Below are positions 39,395-55,033 of a stretch of 64,000 nucleotides of DNA, in pieces; positions within the stretch are counted from its first letter, which is position 1, and each line of letters opens with the position of its first letter. Made by a program: the position numbers and the translations under genes. Where the stretch lies: assembly GCA_951406725.2 (NCBI GenBank), contig OX597818.1:76198001-76262000 (forward strand), written 5' to 3'. Source of the DNA: Octopus vulgaris. Lineage: Eukaryota. The notes under the pieces are model-generated. The model was not told the DNA's origin, did not search any database, and saw only the letters and a list, made by a program, of their open reading frames with translations.

Positions 39395-41657
39395 TTAAGA
39401 TAATCAATCTCTCAAACAAAGAACTTACACCTAACGAAATAAGCATACTCTCCAAAGGACTTAAATTTACACCCACCCCACAACGTTCTAATTATTATGA
39501 AATGAAAGATGATATTTCGGAATTTTGCAGAAAACTAAGACTCACCGAGGCATTTCAAGACAAACAAATAGAGGAGGACTCAATAGCTAGAAACAAGAGC
39601 AATTACACCCCCACCAAAGGTAAGAATAAAGCCTTAGACCGCTATTGTGACTACATAACTAATTTCCCGTTTCAATTCATCAAGAAACAAAAACACAGCC
39701 CTAACTTCAATAAAAGAGAATGGAACGACCTCATCAAACTAAAAGAAGACAAAACAATAACAATTAAGGAGGCAGATAAGGGCAACGCGATAGTAATAAT
39801 GAATGCAAACAATTATAAAAATTTAGTGCTATCCCTATTAAGAGATGAAACGTATTATGAAAGGGCCCAACAGTATAACCAGCAAAAAATAATGCATAAC
39901 CTTAGGACATTAATCAACACATACCATAAGGACTCACGAACAAGGAGTATGAATACATCACTAACTTCAAATGCAAATCGAGTTTGTTCTATGGTATCCC
40001 TAAGGTACACAAAAGCCAAACCATTAGAGAAACGTGCAAAACATCCACCGACACACTCATCAAAATCCCTTCACCAAATGATCTTAAACTAAGACCGATA
40101 ATAGCAGGGCCAGCATGTGAAACTCACCGCCTCAGCAATTTCTTAGACACACTTCTTAAACCTTTCCTAAAACACATCAAAAGCTACGTAAGAGACGATA
40201 TAGATATGCTCAACCACCTCCCTAAAACAGTCAATGAAAAAACCCTTCTAGTATCATTCGACGTAGTTAATCTTTATTCTAACATCCCTCACAACCTAGG
40301 AATAGAAGCAATCACCTTCTGGCTGAATAACTACCCCTTTGAACTCCCAACTCGCATAAACAAAGACCTAATAATAGAAGGACTTAGATTCATTTTAGAG
40401 AACAATTATTTTATTTTTGACAATGATTTCTACAGGCAAAGATCGGGAACAGCGATGGGCACGCGTACTGCACCATCTTTTGCCAACCTAGTGATGGGAT
40501 ACCTCGAGAAAATACTATACCGGATGACACTCGAGAAATATGGCAACACCTTCGCCACCTATATCCATAACAACTGGAAAAGATACCTCGATGACTGTTT
40601 CATCATCTGGGACAAAGGCATAGAGAAACTTGAGGAATTTAAAATTCTATTAAATGGAATAAATGACAATATACAATTCACGATGGACCACAACGAAAAA
40701 GAATTACCATTTTTAGACATCCTCATTAAGATAACCGGCAACAAAATAGAGACAGATATCTACTATAAACCGACAGACTCTAAACAGTACCTACCCTTTG
40801 ATTCATGCCACCCACGACACACTAGAATGAATGTCCCTTTTTGTTTAGCTAGAAGGATTTGCACCATAATATCAGACACAAACACCCGACACACACGTCT
40901 CCAGGAACTTAGAACCACACTCACAAATAGAAACTATCCACAGCCCCTAATAGACAGTGCAATCCAACGGGTACTTAAATTAAGTATAGAAGACCTGAGA
41001 CAAACAAAACAAAAAAAGAAAGAACAATTAAAAACCCTTCCCTACATCTCTACACACAACCCACTCAACAATGAGGCCTTCAACACCATACTACAAAGCA
41101 CAGCCCTACTAAAGGGAGACCCAAAGATGAACCGGATCCTCGAAACACACACCATCATTAAAAGTAAACGGCAACCAAAATCCTTGAAAAGGATTTTAAC
41201 CCAAGCTACACTGCACTCAACATCAACCACAAAACCAGCAGTTAGAAAATGTGGAAGGCCCAACTGCGGAATCTGTGTCATCTTGAAAGAAGGATCAGAA
41301 TTTATACTGGAACAAGGTCACCAGTTCACCATTAGAACAAACTTCACCTGCGCATCAGAAAACTTAATTTACGTCATAACATGCGCAGGCTGCAATAGGC
41401 AGTATATAGGCCATACAAAAAATAGCTTACGTAACAGGATGGCGGTGCATAAATCACAAATTAGAAACCCTGATTACCGCAAAATACCGGTCAGCGGACA
41501 CATAGATAGATGTGCTGGAAATGTAAATCCGAAATTTACAACTAACCCGCTCTATAAATTCAGTGACAACGCAACCTTCACACAACGCCAAAATAAAGAA
41601 CTATATTTCATAAAAAAATTTAGACCAAGTTTAAACACCCTGGGCCAGGAATACTAA
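39361..41657 (+). CDS. PLE reverse transcriptase + GIY-YIG endonuclease, with one 1-bp deletion near 39928
   Basis: IINLS..LT..EISILSKGLKFTP, IKEADKGNAIV, FYGIPKVHK, LRPIIAG, SFDVVNLY, GTAMGT..APSFANL, RYLDD, FLDI, CGRPNCGIC, LIYVITCAGCNRQYIGHT..LRNRM..H. Split between ORFs 39361-40092 and 39984-41657. Confidence 0.93.
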
Positions 41658-41819
41658 AACAAAAGATAAGTCCTCCGAAAAGGAGAACCAAATTTCACCA
41701 CGGCCGCTACTTCAAACAGACACTCACTCTGACGGAAATATGCCTTAGTAAAAAAGGGAAAAAAATTCTTTCGTGCAAATCTGACCCTGATACATACGAT
41801 ACAGCTAAGGGTCAGACCC

Positions 41820-42225
41820 GATTCTGATTGGTCAACAAGTTGATGACGTCTAGCTCTGCTAGAATGGACAGGATACAAACAGGGGACAGTCATTAGTCAG
41901 AATATTGATGACGTCCTTTTCTGCTTGAATAGTCACCTAACAAGTACAGACAGGGGGCAGATCTAATGTAGCTATAAGTCGTGATTGGGCAGAATCTGAA
42001 TGACATCCCGCTATGCTTGACTAACGAAGCGACTGGTCAAGACAGGAAACAAACAAGAGGGAGTTATAATGCAGCGATTGGTCAAAATAATGATGACGTC
42101 CCGTTCCACTTGATTAAAGCCACCTAACGAAACGATTGGTCAAAACATTGATGACGTCACGCTACGCTAGATTGACCACCTAACAGGCATTATAAAACCA
42201 AGCATTTCACAAAAAATCACTAGAA
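41820..42225 (+). promoter_or_regulatory. Tandem CCAAT + CRE modules followed by a TATA box (PLE pLTR promoter candidate)
   Basis: About five GATTGGTCA...TGATGACGTC units, a perfect TGACGTCA at 42152-42159 and TATAAAA at 42191-42197. Confidence 0.6.
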
Positions 42226-42659
42226 CCACCCAGCGAACTTCCACCATGGGTCATCACAATTGCTTAAGGTAAAAATGAATTCCTCGCTCTTTCGGAAACA
42301 TCAATCTTCTGTATTGACCGCTTTCCACCACTTTGATCTGTTTTTTGTATTGAATACGTATCGCCACCGTGGGCCACTGCATCGAACACTTTGAAATATA
42401 CTTCAAACTATATATCAACTATACATGAACTATATATCAACTATACATGAACTCTAAGATGTCTGACTCCGTTGTGTATTATAAATGAATTTCTTGTGTT
42501 TGACGGCATGAACTGTCTCTTTTTATATATAACTTTTTTTGATAAGGTTCATTTCAGGAACTGAAACATGTTATAATGTATATATAAAAATTAAAAATTG
42601 TATAATACAGCAGCATTTTCGAACTTCATTTTTTACAAATATATATATATATATATATA

Positions 42660-42816
42660 CGGAGTGGCTGTGTGGCAAGATGCTTGCTTCCCAGCCACAT
42701 GCTTCCGGGTACAGTCTCACTGCATAGAACTTTGGGCAAGTGTCTCCTACTATAGCCTCGGGCTGACCAAGGCCTTGTGAATGCATTTGGTAGACGGAAA
42801 AAGAAAGAAGATCGTC

Positions 42817-42820
<4 letters not shown>
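42660..42820 (+). mobile_element. SINE family B, 5' part
   Basis: GGAGTGGCTGTGTGGCAAGATGCTTGCTTCCCAGCCACATG... Confidence 0.8.
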
Positions 42821-42896
<76 letters not shown>

Positions 42897-42923
42897 GTAT
42901 ATATATATGTATATATATATATG

Positions 42924-42958
<35 letters not shown>

Positions 42959-43009
42959 CGTAAGGCATTCCTATGATGGAAGCCTCTTAATGTGTTTTAA
43001 TGTACACGG

Positions 43010-43074
<65 letters not shown>

Positions 43075-43081
<7 letters not shown>

Positions 43082-44206
43082 ATATTGGCAGGGCTGGCCT
43101 GCTAGGTAGCCGGCCAGAATGCTAGAAATAGATCATCAACGATCAACTACAAGGGAAATTATCTAGAGGAAGAATTCAGCGAACACCAGAACCAAATTTG
43201 GCGGGCAGGACATATGAAAAATTAAATAAAAAACAGACTTAAATGCATACCTCGGTTTCGGTCTTAACAAAAGAATTACTTGCATAAAGTCTTGCGGTTT
43301 GCATCTCGAGGACCGAATGTACTGAAGAAGTCACGGACACTTGAATTATGCAAGTAATTCTTTTGTTAAGACCGAAACCGAGGTATGCATTTAAGTCTGT
43401 TTTTTATTTAATTTTTCATATGTCCTGCCCGCCAAATTTGGTTCTGGTGTTCGCTGAATTCTTCCTCTAGAGAATTTCCCTTGTAGTTGATCGTTGATGA
43501 TCTATTTCTAGCATTCTGGCCGGCTACCTAGCAGGCCAGCCCTGCCAATATACACATATATTTGAATCTTCTCTGACTCCTCAGATTTTTTGAATGCTGG
43601 ACTACTGGTTTTAAATTGATATTAAAATTAATATTAATTTATCTCCCTCAATTTTTAAATATTTAAATAAATACGTTCCCTAGTAGTAAGCTTTATCCGC
43701 AGTGAATTATTCACTGCAGCCCTTCGCTTCAGGAGTCTCTTAGCGCGCCGGAACCAAGACATTTGAAATTTTATTCCCGATGTAATCAGTAAGACTAAGC
43801 ACGTGTCTGTCTTGACACAGAGAGCTGGGGTTAGTCTTGCGGTTTGCATCTCGAGGACCGAATGTACTGAAGAAGTCACGGACACTTGAATTATGCAAGT
43901 AATTCTTTTGTTAAGACCGAAACCAAGGTATGTATTTAAGTCTGTTTTTTATTTAGTTTTTTATTTAATTTTTCATATGTCCTGCCCGCCAAATTTGGTT
44001 CTGGTGTTCGCTGAATTCTTCCTCTAGAGAATTTCCCTTGTAGTTGATCGTTGATGATCTATTTCTAGCATTCTGGCCGGCTACCTAGCAGGCCAGCCCT
44101 GCCAATATACACATATATTTGAATTTTCTCTGACTCCTCAGATTTTTTGAATGCTGGACTACTGGTTTTAAATTGATATTAAAATTAATATTAATTTATC
44201 TCCCTC

Positions 44207-44212
<6 letters not shown>
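43075..44212. repeat. Inverted partial unit plus ~1.7 tandem 545-bp units, between (TA)n tracts
   Basis: 43075-43287 is the inverse of 43344-43556. ACTGAAGAAGTCACGG at 43321 and 43866. Confidence 0.92.
43316..43391 (+). ncRNA. Type I hammerhead motif (second, mutated copy at 43861-43936)
   Basis: AAUGUA-CUGAAGA-AGUC...GACC-GAAAC-CGAG-GUA^UGCAUU, with a 6-bp stem I. Confidence 0.8.
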
Positions 44213-44274
<62 letters not shown>

Positions 44275-45124
44275 GGAAAGAGAGAGAGAGAGAGGGAAAG
44301 AAAGAGAGACAGAGAAAAAAAGACCGAGAGAGTATTGCCGTTAGAAATCTCTCATAGGATGAGATGTTCAGCTACTATCATTGGCAACGTTTTGCCTCAA
44401 GTGATAAAATACATTTGTCAGATAGGAAGCTTAGCTTAAGCGTAATAAATATTATAGCGTCTATAATGAATGAAGTATGCAACATCACCTCTATCGAATA
44501 ATTCATACACCATATCTTTAATTGACTAATCATAGTGACATCTGCATTTATTCCATGGAGGTTTCTTATTAAAAGACGAGGTGCGACAAAAAGCAGTCAT
44601 TTTTAGTCTCCATATCTATTTGCTTCTTTACAAAATTATGTCAACATAACATGTTTGGGATTTTTATTTATTTTTTTTTCTGTATTCTTTATTTCATCTC
44701 CCGTTTCATCTTTTTGAAGGTTTATTCAGAGCTTCTGCCTATTCTGTTTACTATATATAAAACGGACAGGACATGTCTCTACTGTGGCTTAAGTTTTAGA
44801 AATCAGGCTTAGCTGTACCGATTAAAAATATTTTAAAAGATTTATAAAAAATGGTGAAGAATAAAAGATACTGGTATAATTTAATCGGAAGAAATGTTGA
44901 TAAGCCTGAAAGCATCTCTTACTATAAACTTACAATTCTAACTACGCACAATTATATGCGAAGGTATACAATTTATGCATACATTTAAACACACAACCAT
45001 ATGTACATCTCCACGCATACATTCACAAATATAGAAATATATATTGCGCACAGCCATCTACAAAGACATATACACATATATACATACAAAGTTGCATTTA
45101 TATATATATATACATACCCCCCCC

Positions 45125-47074
<1,950 letters not shown>

Positions 47075-47150
47075 AAACTTAGAATAACTTAGAAAGGTTT
47101 TGGGCAGTATTGGCCCAGGCCATGTCTGACTTAACAGCACCATCTGGCCA

Positions 47151-47225
<75 letters not shown>

Positions 47226-47226
47226 A

Positions 47227-47359
47227 ATTAGTGAATTGAAGAAATGGAGTTGAACGAAGATTGAACAGAATTCCTTTTATTGCATTCTACACATGTTAGA
47301 ACGCAATAAAAGGAATTCTGTTCAATCTTCGTTCAACTCCATTTCTTCAATTCACTAAT
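47227..47359. repeat. Near-perfect 63-bp-arm hairpin next to (TA)n
   Basis: ATTAGTGAATTG...GCATTCTA, loop CACATGT, TAGAACGC...CAATTCACTAAT. Confidence 0.9.
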
Positions 47360-47502
47360 AATATTAAAATTCAATTATCCACACCAACGCACGGTTGCAA
47401 CACCAAATGGCTTTATCTCCAACCGTGCTTTCTTCTGCTGTGATTTTTGCTACCAAGGTATCGGTTAAACTTTTGATTAATCTGCAACAAGATTATTCAT
47501 CT

Positions 47503-47591
<89 letters not shown>

Positions 47592-47696
47592 TTCAGTATA
47601 ATAACACTGTGATTTCGTTCCACATTACTCAAAGTTTTGTGGACGCGTAGAATGCTTCCCCATAGTCAAATGTTCAGAGGCAATATATATACATAC

Positions 47697-47728
<32 letters not shown>

Positions 47729-48076
47729 ACTGTAGAAGGAGGTGGTGAAAAGCTAACAACACTCACCTCTCCGCATACACATGAACATATATATATACGC
47801 ACATATATTTGTGTGTGTACACATGCCTATGTACACATCCATACTCAGAAGCAAACACGTATAAAACTTATATGCATTTCTTGTTTTTCAGTGCTTTGTA
47901 GTTACCGAAACCAAACATACAGTTGTGATTGGGTTCGCATTTTCGAATTTAGTTCGATTCAGTAACTTGTCTAAGCTTTATATAAGGATGTGTAGCTATT
48001 ATATCTACACTCAGTTTCTCAATTGCAAGCCATTGTCTCTTGGTTGCCTCTGGTAGTATTATCCACTCTATACATG

Positions 48077-48128
<52 letters not shown>

Positions 48129-48144
48129 TACATACACATACAAC

Positions 48145-48472
48145 TGGGTGGAGACACATGGCTCAGTGGTTAAAGCGTCGGGCTTACAATTGTGAGATTG
48201 TGTGTTCGATTCCGGATCGAGCTGTGTGTTTTGTTATTGAGCAAGACACATTATTCACGTTGCTCCGATTCACTCAGCTGTAGAAATGAGTTGCGACGTC
48301 ATTGGTGGCAAGCTCTATTCGCCTTTACTTTTTCTCTGGATGATATCGGTTGTGTAGAGAAGAAAGACTGGTATGCATGAGCGACTAATGGTCTTCCATA
48401 ACACAGACAACCACGGGGATGGAGAACTTTCTTGGTGCAATCCCATGGTCATTCGTGACCGAAGGAGGTCTG
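48145..48472 (+). mobile_element. tRNA-derived SINE (third family)
   Basis: A box TGGCTCAGTGG and B box GTTCGATTCC, followed by AGCAAGACAC...TTCACTCAGCTGTAGAAATGAG. Confidence 0.75.
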
Positions 48473-49199
48473 TACAAAAAATGTATACAATTATAAGCTG
48501 AATCCAGTTCGCAACAATTAGCGTAAACTGGTTAATTTTTGTTAGAACTTACTTGAAGTAAGACCTACTCAGAAAAAATTATATCAACCGTGCTACAAGA
48601 AAAATAAAAAGCATCATTAATAAAATGAAAGTGAAATTATTGACATATTTCACTTAAAATCAATAATTTTGGTTTCGGTAATATGAGTCCTAAACATTGT
48701 TAAATTAATTGACGTTTGAGAGTCCACTTCATGGAACTCTGAAATAGTCAAATATATTTCCCTTGAAACTTGAAGAAAGGCTGAATGGATTACATAAAAT
48801 CTGAAAATCTGAAATCGACTTAAATGATTTTCGTGACTTAGTTGAAAATAGCATTGAATTGAATGATCTTCCGGCTACAATAATAAAATCAACAAAAGCA
48901 GCACCAAGGAGAAAGCTAAGCAAATTATGAACACAGAAATTCATCCGAATTCAAAAGAAAAGCTCGTTGATGAATGTTATTTGGGGGGTGAATTTAATAA
49001 CTAAACACAACCAATTTATTGTGAAAACTAGAAAGTTTCTGGAACCCATTGTCATAAGTCACATTAACCCTTTCCAAACTTGGTTCTGTGCCACAAACTT
49101 TCCGTTTTAAAGCGATCTAAATTTAAACCTTCTATTAAAATCTCATGTTTACTGAAATCTTCATAAGAAATTACATGGAACTATACAGTATATCTTTTA

Positions 49200-49385
49200 T
49201 CTTTTACTTGTTTCAGACAGTGGACTGCGGCTATGCTTGGCAACGTCTTGAAGGGTTTTGGTCGAACAAATCGATCCAAGGACTTATTTTTTTAAAGCCT
49301 AGTACTTATTCTATCGTACTCCTTTGCCGAAACGCTAATAACGTTAACCTCAATTCAAGCGATGGTGGGGAACAAACACAGACGC

Positions 49386-49430
<45 letters not shown>

Positions 49431-49713
49431 ACATACATACATACATACATACATACATACATACATACATACATACACACATACACACATACATACGTAC
49501 ATGTGTGTGTGTGAGTGAGTGTGTATTTTTTACACGACTGCAATCCAATCCATCTACCAAATCCAATCCATCTACCAAATCCAATCACAAAGCTTTATTC
49601 GGTCTGAGGCTTATAGCACAAGACACCTGTTCAAGGTGCCACACGGTGGGACTGAACCCAGAGCCATGTGGTTGGATAGTAGGCTTCTTACCAGACAGGC
49701 ACGCCTGTGCCTA
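49200..49713 (-). mobile_element. SINE family B with expanded internal microsatellite
   Basis: Collinear with 23875-24274. Confidence 0.75.
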
Positions 49714-50180
49714 TATGTTAACAAAATGCCTATGAATGAGGCGTCATTGGTCACTTTTATATAGCAGCTATTTGATTATTCCAAGCAAAAATTTAGCAAC
49801 AAATCCAAGTAATTGTCTGGAAATTATTACTTTAATAAGTAAAAATCAACGCACATAAAAATATTTAAATTCTTTAAAAACTATGAAAAAAATACAAGTT
49901 CTGAAATTTATTCTTTCTCAAAAATTCGTTAATGATTATCAAGAGTTGAATTTAGTTAAAAGTTAAAAAAATAATTGTTGTAGATATCTTTTCTCTAATT
50001 CGGAATATTTTATACAGAACTGTGATTGAAATGCTGGAGTTTCAGTCAACAGGTTCTTAGAAGTTTGGCAGACCATCACAGTGAACATGCAAATGCGCGC
50101 GCGCACATCCCCCAACACATGCATTTTTCCTGTAGCAAGAAAATATTTCAACTGAATGATGCTATTTTTCAACCAGGAAC

Positions 50181-50226
<46 letters not shown>

Positions 50227-50295
50227 AACATATATGTATATATATAAAGAGTGAGAGAAAGAGAGATACATATATACATATATGTGCGTGAGTGC

Positions 50296-50361
<66 letters not shown>

Positions 50362-50817
50362 CACACGCACGTACGCACATACACACTCACATAAATACAC
50401 ACACAACACACGCATGCACACACAAATGTATTGTATTAGTGCCATACACAGTAGCATTGTGAAATAGGAAATTGAATGAGTCGAAATTTCTATGATAAAT
50501 AAATATATTTTATTTCGTCGCAACACACTAAATGTAATAAAAATCAATAGTTTTGATTGCATCCAAGAACACGCGCGTGATTTAAAGAGAGTGAAAGGAC
50601 ACCTGTACAATTCCAACGGTTCTGCTGATGATTTTCTGACTTACATTTCCAACCCCATTCTTTTTTTTTTCTATTCTATTAAGTTTCCATTCCAACTTCT
50701 AAATTGATAAAGGTTTTTAGGAATGAAACATCTCAAAAGCTTTCACACTATTTCTATAGATTTCTCTCACTGACTCTCTTTCTCTCTCTTTCTTCATCTC
50801 CCTCTATCTCTTTATAT

Positions 50818-50993
50818 ATACGAAGAGGTGCTTGGTTTTAAGTGTCGCGAGAGGCCTGGTTTTATAGGGCTTGGGAAGACTGAAGGACCGCTGCAATAAA
50901 TGTGTGGATCTGAGAGGAGAGTATGTTGAATAAAATCATAAGTGATCCTCCAGTATTTTCGTTTACCGAAAGCCAGGAACTTTCAGCACCTTC

Positions 50994-50995
<2 letters not shown>
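50818..50995 (+). mobile_element. Mariner remnant (ends plus transposase C-terminus)
   Basis: GLGRLKDRCNKCVDLRGEYVE*. Ends TACGAAGAGGTGCT and AGCACCTTCTT. Confidence 0.65.
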
Positions 50996-51065
<70 letters not shown>

Positions 51066-51219
51066 TGTATGTATGTATGTATGTATGTATGTATGTATGT
51101 GTGTGTATGTATGTATTATGTATGTGTATGCGTGTGGTAACGTGTGTATGTATGGTAGCGTGTGTGTGTGGTAGTAACTGTGTATGCCCCACACAGCATA
51201 AAGCAAAAAATATATTTAC

Positions 51220-52340
51220 ATAGTATAAAACCTTATTTTGAGTTGCCTCGGTTTACGCTGCCTTTGTGAACGAAATCTCGTTATAACTATGCTTAATATT
51301 GCAAATATTTAACAGTAAGCGTCAGAAAAAAATGCCATTTTGGCAGCACTAGCTTCCTAAAACTTTTTTTTATCAAAGAGCGGGATGAAGTTATACAACA
51401 TCAAAAGATCATCCCTTATTGTTGTTAGGATAAAACGTCACTAGAGAATTGAAACTTTAGTCATTTCTTACTTATTTTTCTGATACTCCAAAAATAATAA
51501 AAAGCGTCACCATAGCTAGTTTACTTAGAATGCAGTAGAGAATCTTGTGATATCAAGAATTTGATTATTGATTGGTTCGTGCTACTTTTATGTCTTGCAA
51601 TCAAGTGTTACGTTGAAAAGAATGATTTTGAACCAAAGGCACTTCTGCTTTTGGACAATGTTCTTGGTCATATACCAAATCTCGATTAATTCCAGACATT
51701 CTTGACTGTTGGAGTAATTTCCACTCCAGTAAATACAGACGATGGTATTGGAATGGGGCCGTAGTTCCATGGCCAAAGCGTTTTATCTTAGAAGTACTTT
51801 AACTCGGTTGATAACAGTAATTGATACTAAAACATCAGTCTATCAAAGAATTCTCTAAAAAATCACAACATTATACAAGCATTAAAATTATAAATGATAC
51901 ATCGGAAAATTTTAAACATCTATTTCTCATTACGATTAGAATAAAATTGTGACAAATGTTGCAGGAACTTGATATTTAGAGTTTATAGTTGATCACTAGA
52001 ACTTCACGTAAGAAAACCGTTAGTATTTCATAGTTCAGCCAATATCTGAATTAGATATTGGTTGAACTATGAAAAACTAACTTCTCCGCAGCTCGTTTTA
52101 ATAACAGGGATCTTATCTAAAAGCTTTAGTGAAATAAATCTGTGCTTTAGAGCAACTTTCCGAAAATTATATAAATTTTAATCATAGCATTAAAAGACTA
52201 AAATATCTGTAATGTTAGCATTGAACTGTATTAGGTAAGACTCAGAAGGGTCTAAGAAAAAGGCAAAGCAGTTCACCTTTGATGACCCCACTTTTTATTA
52301 TAAGAATAAAAAATAGCTTACAGAGCCAGTAAGTACCGTA
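51220..52340 (+). mobile_element. Highly decayed Tigger/pogo transposase remnant
   Basis: PKALLLLDNVLGH near 51633 resembles the DDE_1 motif. The rest is degenerate. Confidence 0.4.
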
Positions 52341-52676
52341 TTTATTTTGCATCATTCTTTTCCACTTACGTTTTACCTTTTTATTTTTTACTCGTTTCAG
52401 TCATAAGACTGTGGCCATGATGGAGTGGGAAGCAAACACGTATAACAACTCTTGAAGAATTTTAGGAGAATCAATTGACTCCAATACTTATCTTTTTAGC
52501 TTAGTCTATCGAACTCATTTGTCGAACCGCTCAATTACGGGATACGTAAATACACAAAGACACAAAGATACACCCATACACACACACACACACGCATACA
52601 CATACACACACTCACACACATATATGTATACATATGTGGATGTATGTATGTATATATATATATACATATACATGGT

Positions 52677-52724
<48 letters not shown>

Positions 52725-52738
52725 TAAATATATATCCA

Positions 52739-52769
<31 letters not shown>

Positions 52770-52771
52770 GT

Positions 52772-52814
<43 letters not shown>

Positions 52815-53769
52815 AGTGAAATACAAATAACTTTGTTCAAATTATTTTGTATAAGAGCATCTGTGTTTAAAAAACGACATTATGAACCTGATGATCTATA
52901 AGTATCTGAAAATATAATGTCATCCAAATTTAAGATTTCTTGATCAAACTTTATGCACACACTTTACTAAAGAACAACAACAGCACTGCCCAATGTAAGT
53001 AAAAGAAATCAAAAGAATGAGTGACAACGAATGAAAGGTATTGTAGACAGGGTAGACTGAATGAATGTACAGTTCTTATTTCTTTCAGTCATTAGAATTT
53101 ATCTGCGTAAAATCTGTTTTAATCTCCTCTGATAACAACGTTTCACTTAGCGTAGTAAAAATGAGGTGAAACATATTGACTTCGTTAATCAAAGTATTGG
53201 TGCACATCCATCCATCCATCCATCCATCCATCCAACAGTTCAACAGGTAAACAGAATTTTATCATTTAAGTATATATGAACATGTCTAGACATGAAGTTG
53301 TATACACGAGGATACATACATAAAACATAACATTCAAATCTGCGCACATACATACATACATACATACATACATACATACATACATACATGCATGCATGCA
53401 TACATACATACATACATACATACATACATACATACATACATACATACATACATACATACATACATACACACACATACCCTGTTGATGTTGAAATTCCAGC
53501 TCTTTCTCTATTGGCAAGAAATCTTGAAATAAAATTAAATAACCACAGACACACAGACACGCAGACACACGCGCATGTTGATGCTTATGTGTATTTGCAG
53601 ACATGGTTCTGTGGTTAAGAAGTACGTTTTGCAACCATGTGGTTTAGGGTTAAGTCCTACGGCACGGCACCTTGGGCAAGTAAGTGTCTTTTGAGTGTTT
53701 TTGATAGAGAGAAATCGTGTACAAGCCCGATATATATATATATATATAAGTGAAAAAATTGGAGTCAAG

Positions 53770-54800
53770 AAAAAGGGGTACGGTTGGACATTTATTTTTT
53801 AATCACTACAATTGTTTTCACGCAACTTAGTTCTCCAGGTGTGCTGGTATTTGTTTATGCAACTGTTTCCTTGTATTATAAGATCTAGTTGTGTTTCCTC
53901 AGGTGATATGTAAATATTGTCTCTGTAAGTTTAAAATCTTCGGCTTGAAGAACATCCTATCTGTCTATCGTGGCATGAATTTAATAGTAGTCTCTGAGTT
54001 TATCAGGGTGTGTTTCTGCTGTAGGGCCGTTGGCAAACTGCAACGAATGTGTAAATGTAATGGGATGGCGAGTAGGTGCTGTTGAACTGGTTGCCGTTTT
54101 AAAGGGATTGGTCGGTCATTAGGCGGTGAGCTTGCAGAAACGTTAGCACGCCGGGCGAAATGCTTAGCGGTATTTCGTCTGCCATTACACTGTGAGTTCA
54201 AATTCTGCCGAGGTCGACTTTGCCTTTCATCCTTTCGGGGTCGATAAATTAAGTGCCAGTTACGCACTGGGGTCGATGTAATCGACTTAATACCTATGTC
54301 TGTCCTTGTTTGTCCCCTCTGTGTTTAATATTGTGGGTAATAAAGAAATTGGTATTTTATTTCTTTGTACTGCTGATTTTTTCTTCATGGCTGGTTACAC
54401 ATGTGATTGTCCTTAGCTGGCCTTTAAGATTCGGATACATGCATGCATATACGCGCGCGCGCGCACACACACATACATGCAATCACATACACATACAGTA
54501 TCTCTAGGATGCTGAATGAGGACTTGTGGTTATTAAAGCAGGTTCTCAAGGGACTTTCTGTTGCCCCCACATATTTCCGTACGCTCGGTTGTCCACTGGG
54601 TCCTGTTGCTGTTACTTCTGCCTCGTAAACAACTGTTTCTGTATTGCAGTGGCAGTTTAGTGGACAAGTTGTGCTATCCCTGCATGAGCATCCTGCCTCA
54701 GCCTCGGGTCTGGGCCTACCTGCTAAAATCTTTTTACACACTACGTGCACAGTTAAAGATAATCTCAGGGTATGTGTATTAAATATTTTGTTGACTCTAT
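53770..54800 (-). mobile_element. Naiad-like PLE GIY-YIG fragment interrupted by a SINE and a microsatellite
   Basis: CSCRDSTTCPLNCHCNTETVVYEAEV...KYVGATESPLRTCFNNHKSSF, continuing as TQLRTITCVTSHEEK. Confidence 0.7.
54121..54347 (+). mobile_element. SINE family A copy
   Basis: AGGCGGTGAGCTTGCAGAAACGTTAGCACGCCGGGCGAAATGCTTAGCGG... Confidence 0.9.
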
Positions 54801-54995
54801 TGATATGGGGGAGGGACGAGAAAAATAGGACGAATGCTGCCGTTGATTAGCTCCAAGAGGCCATCGCTTCTAGCCAGCTATGTGACACACAAACCTGTGT
54901 CCTATTTTTCTGGACTGCTATGTTAGCTTGGCGATGACTATTAATATCTAGTACCGCTGCCGTAGTCTCCTTTAGAGAGAATTAGAAATAATGAC

Positions 54996-55033
<38 letters not shown>

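Larger units (their letters stand above)
38086..42250 (+). mobile_element. Near-intact Neptune-like Penelope element, 5'-truncated at a (TA)n tract
   Basis: ORF1, then an RT/GIY-YIG ORF, then a 3' UTR with a CCAAT/CRE array. Confidence 0.92.

Noticed and set aside
41820-42185. Spaced short repeats as a CRISPR-like array
   Set aside because: Eukaryotic context, degenerate repeats, mutually similar spacers and no cas genes.
48155-48230. tRNA gene
   Set aside because: A and B boxes are present, but there is no acceptor stem and it continues into a SINE body.
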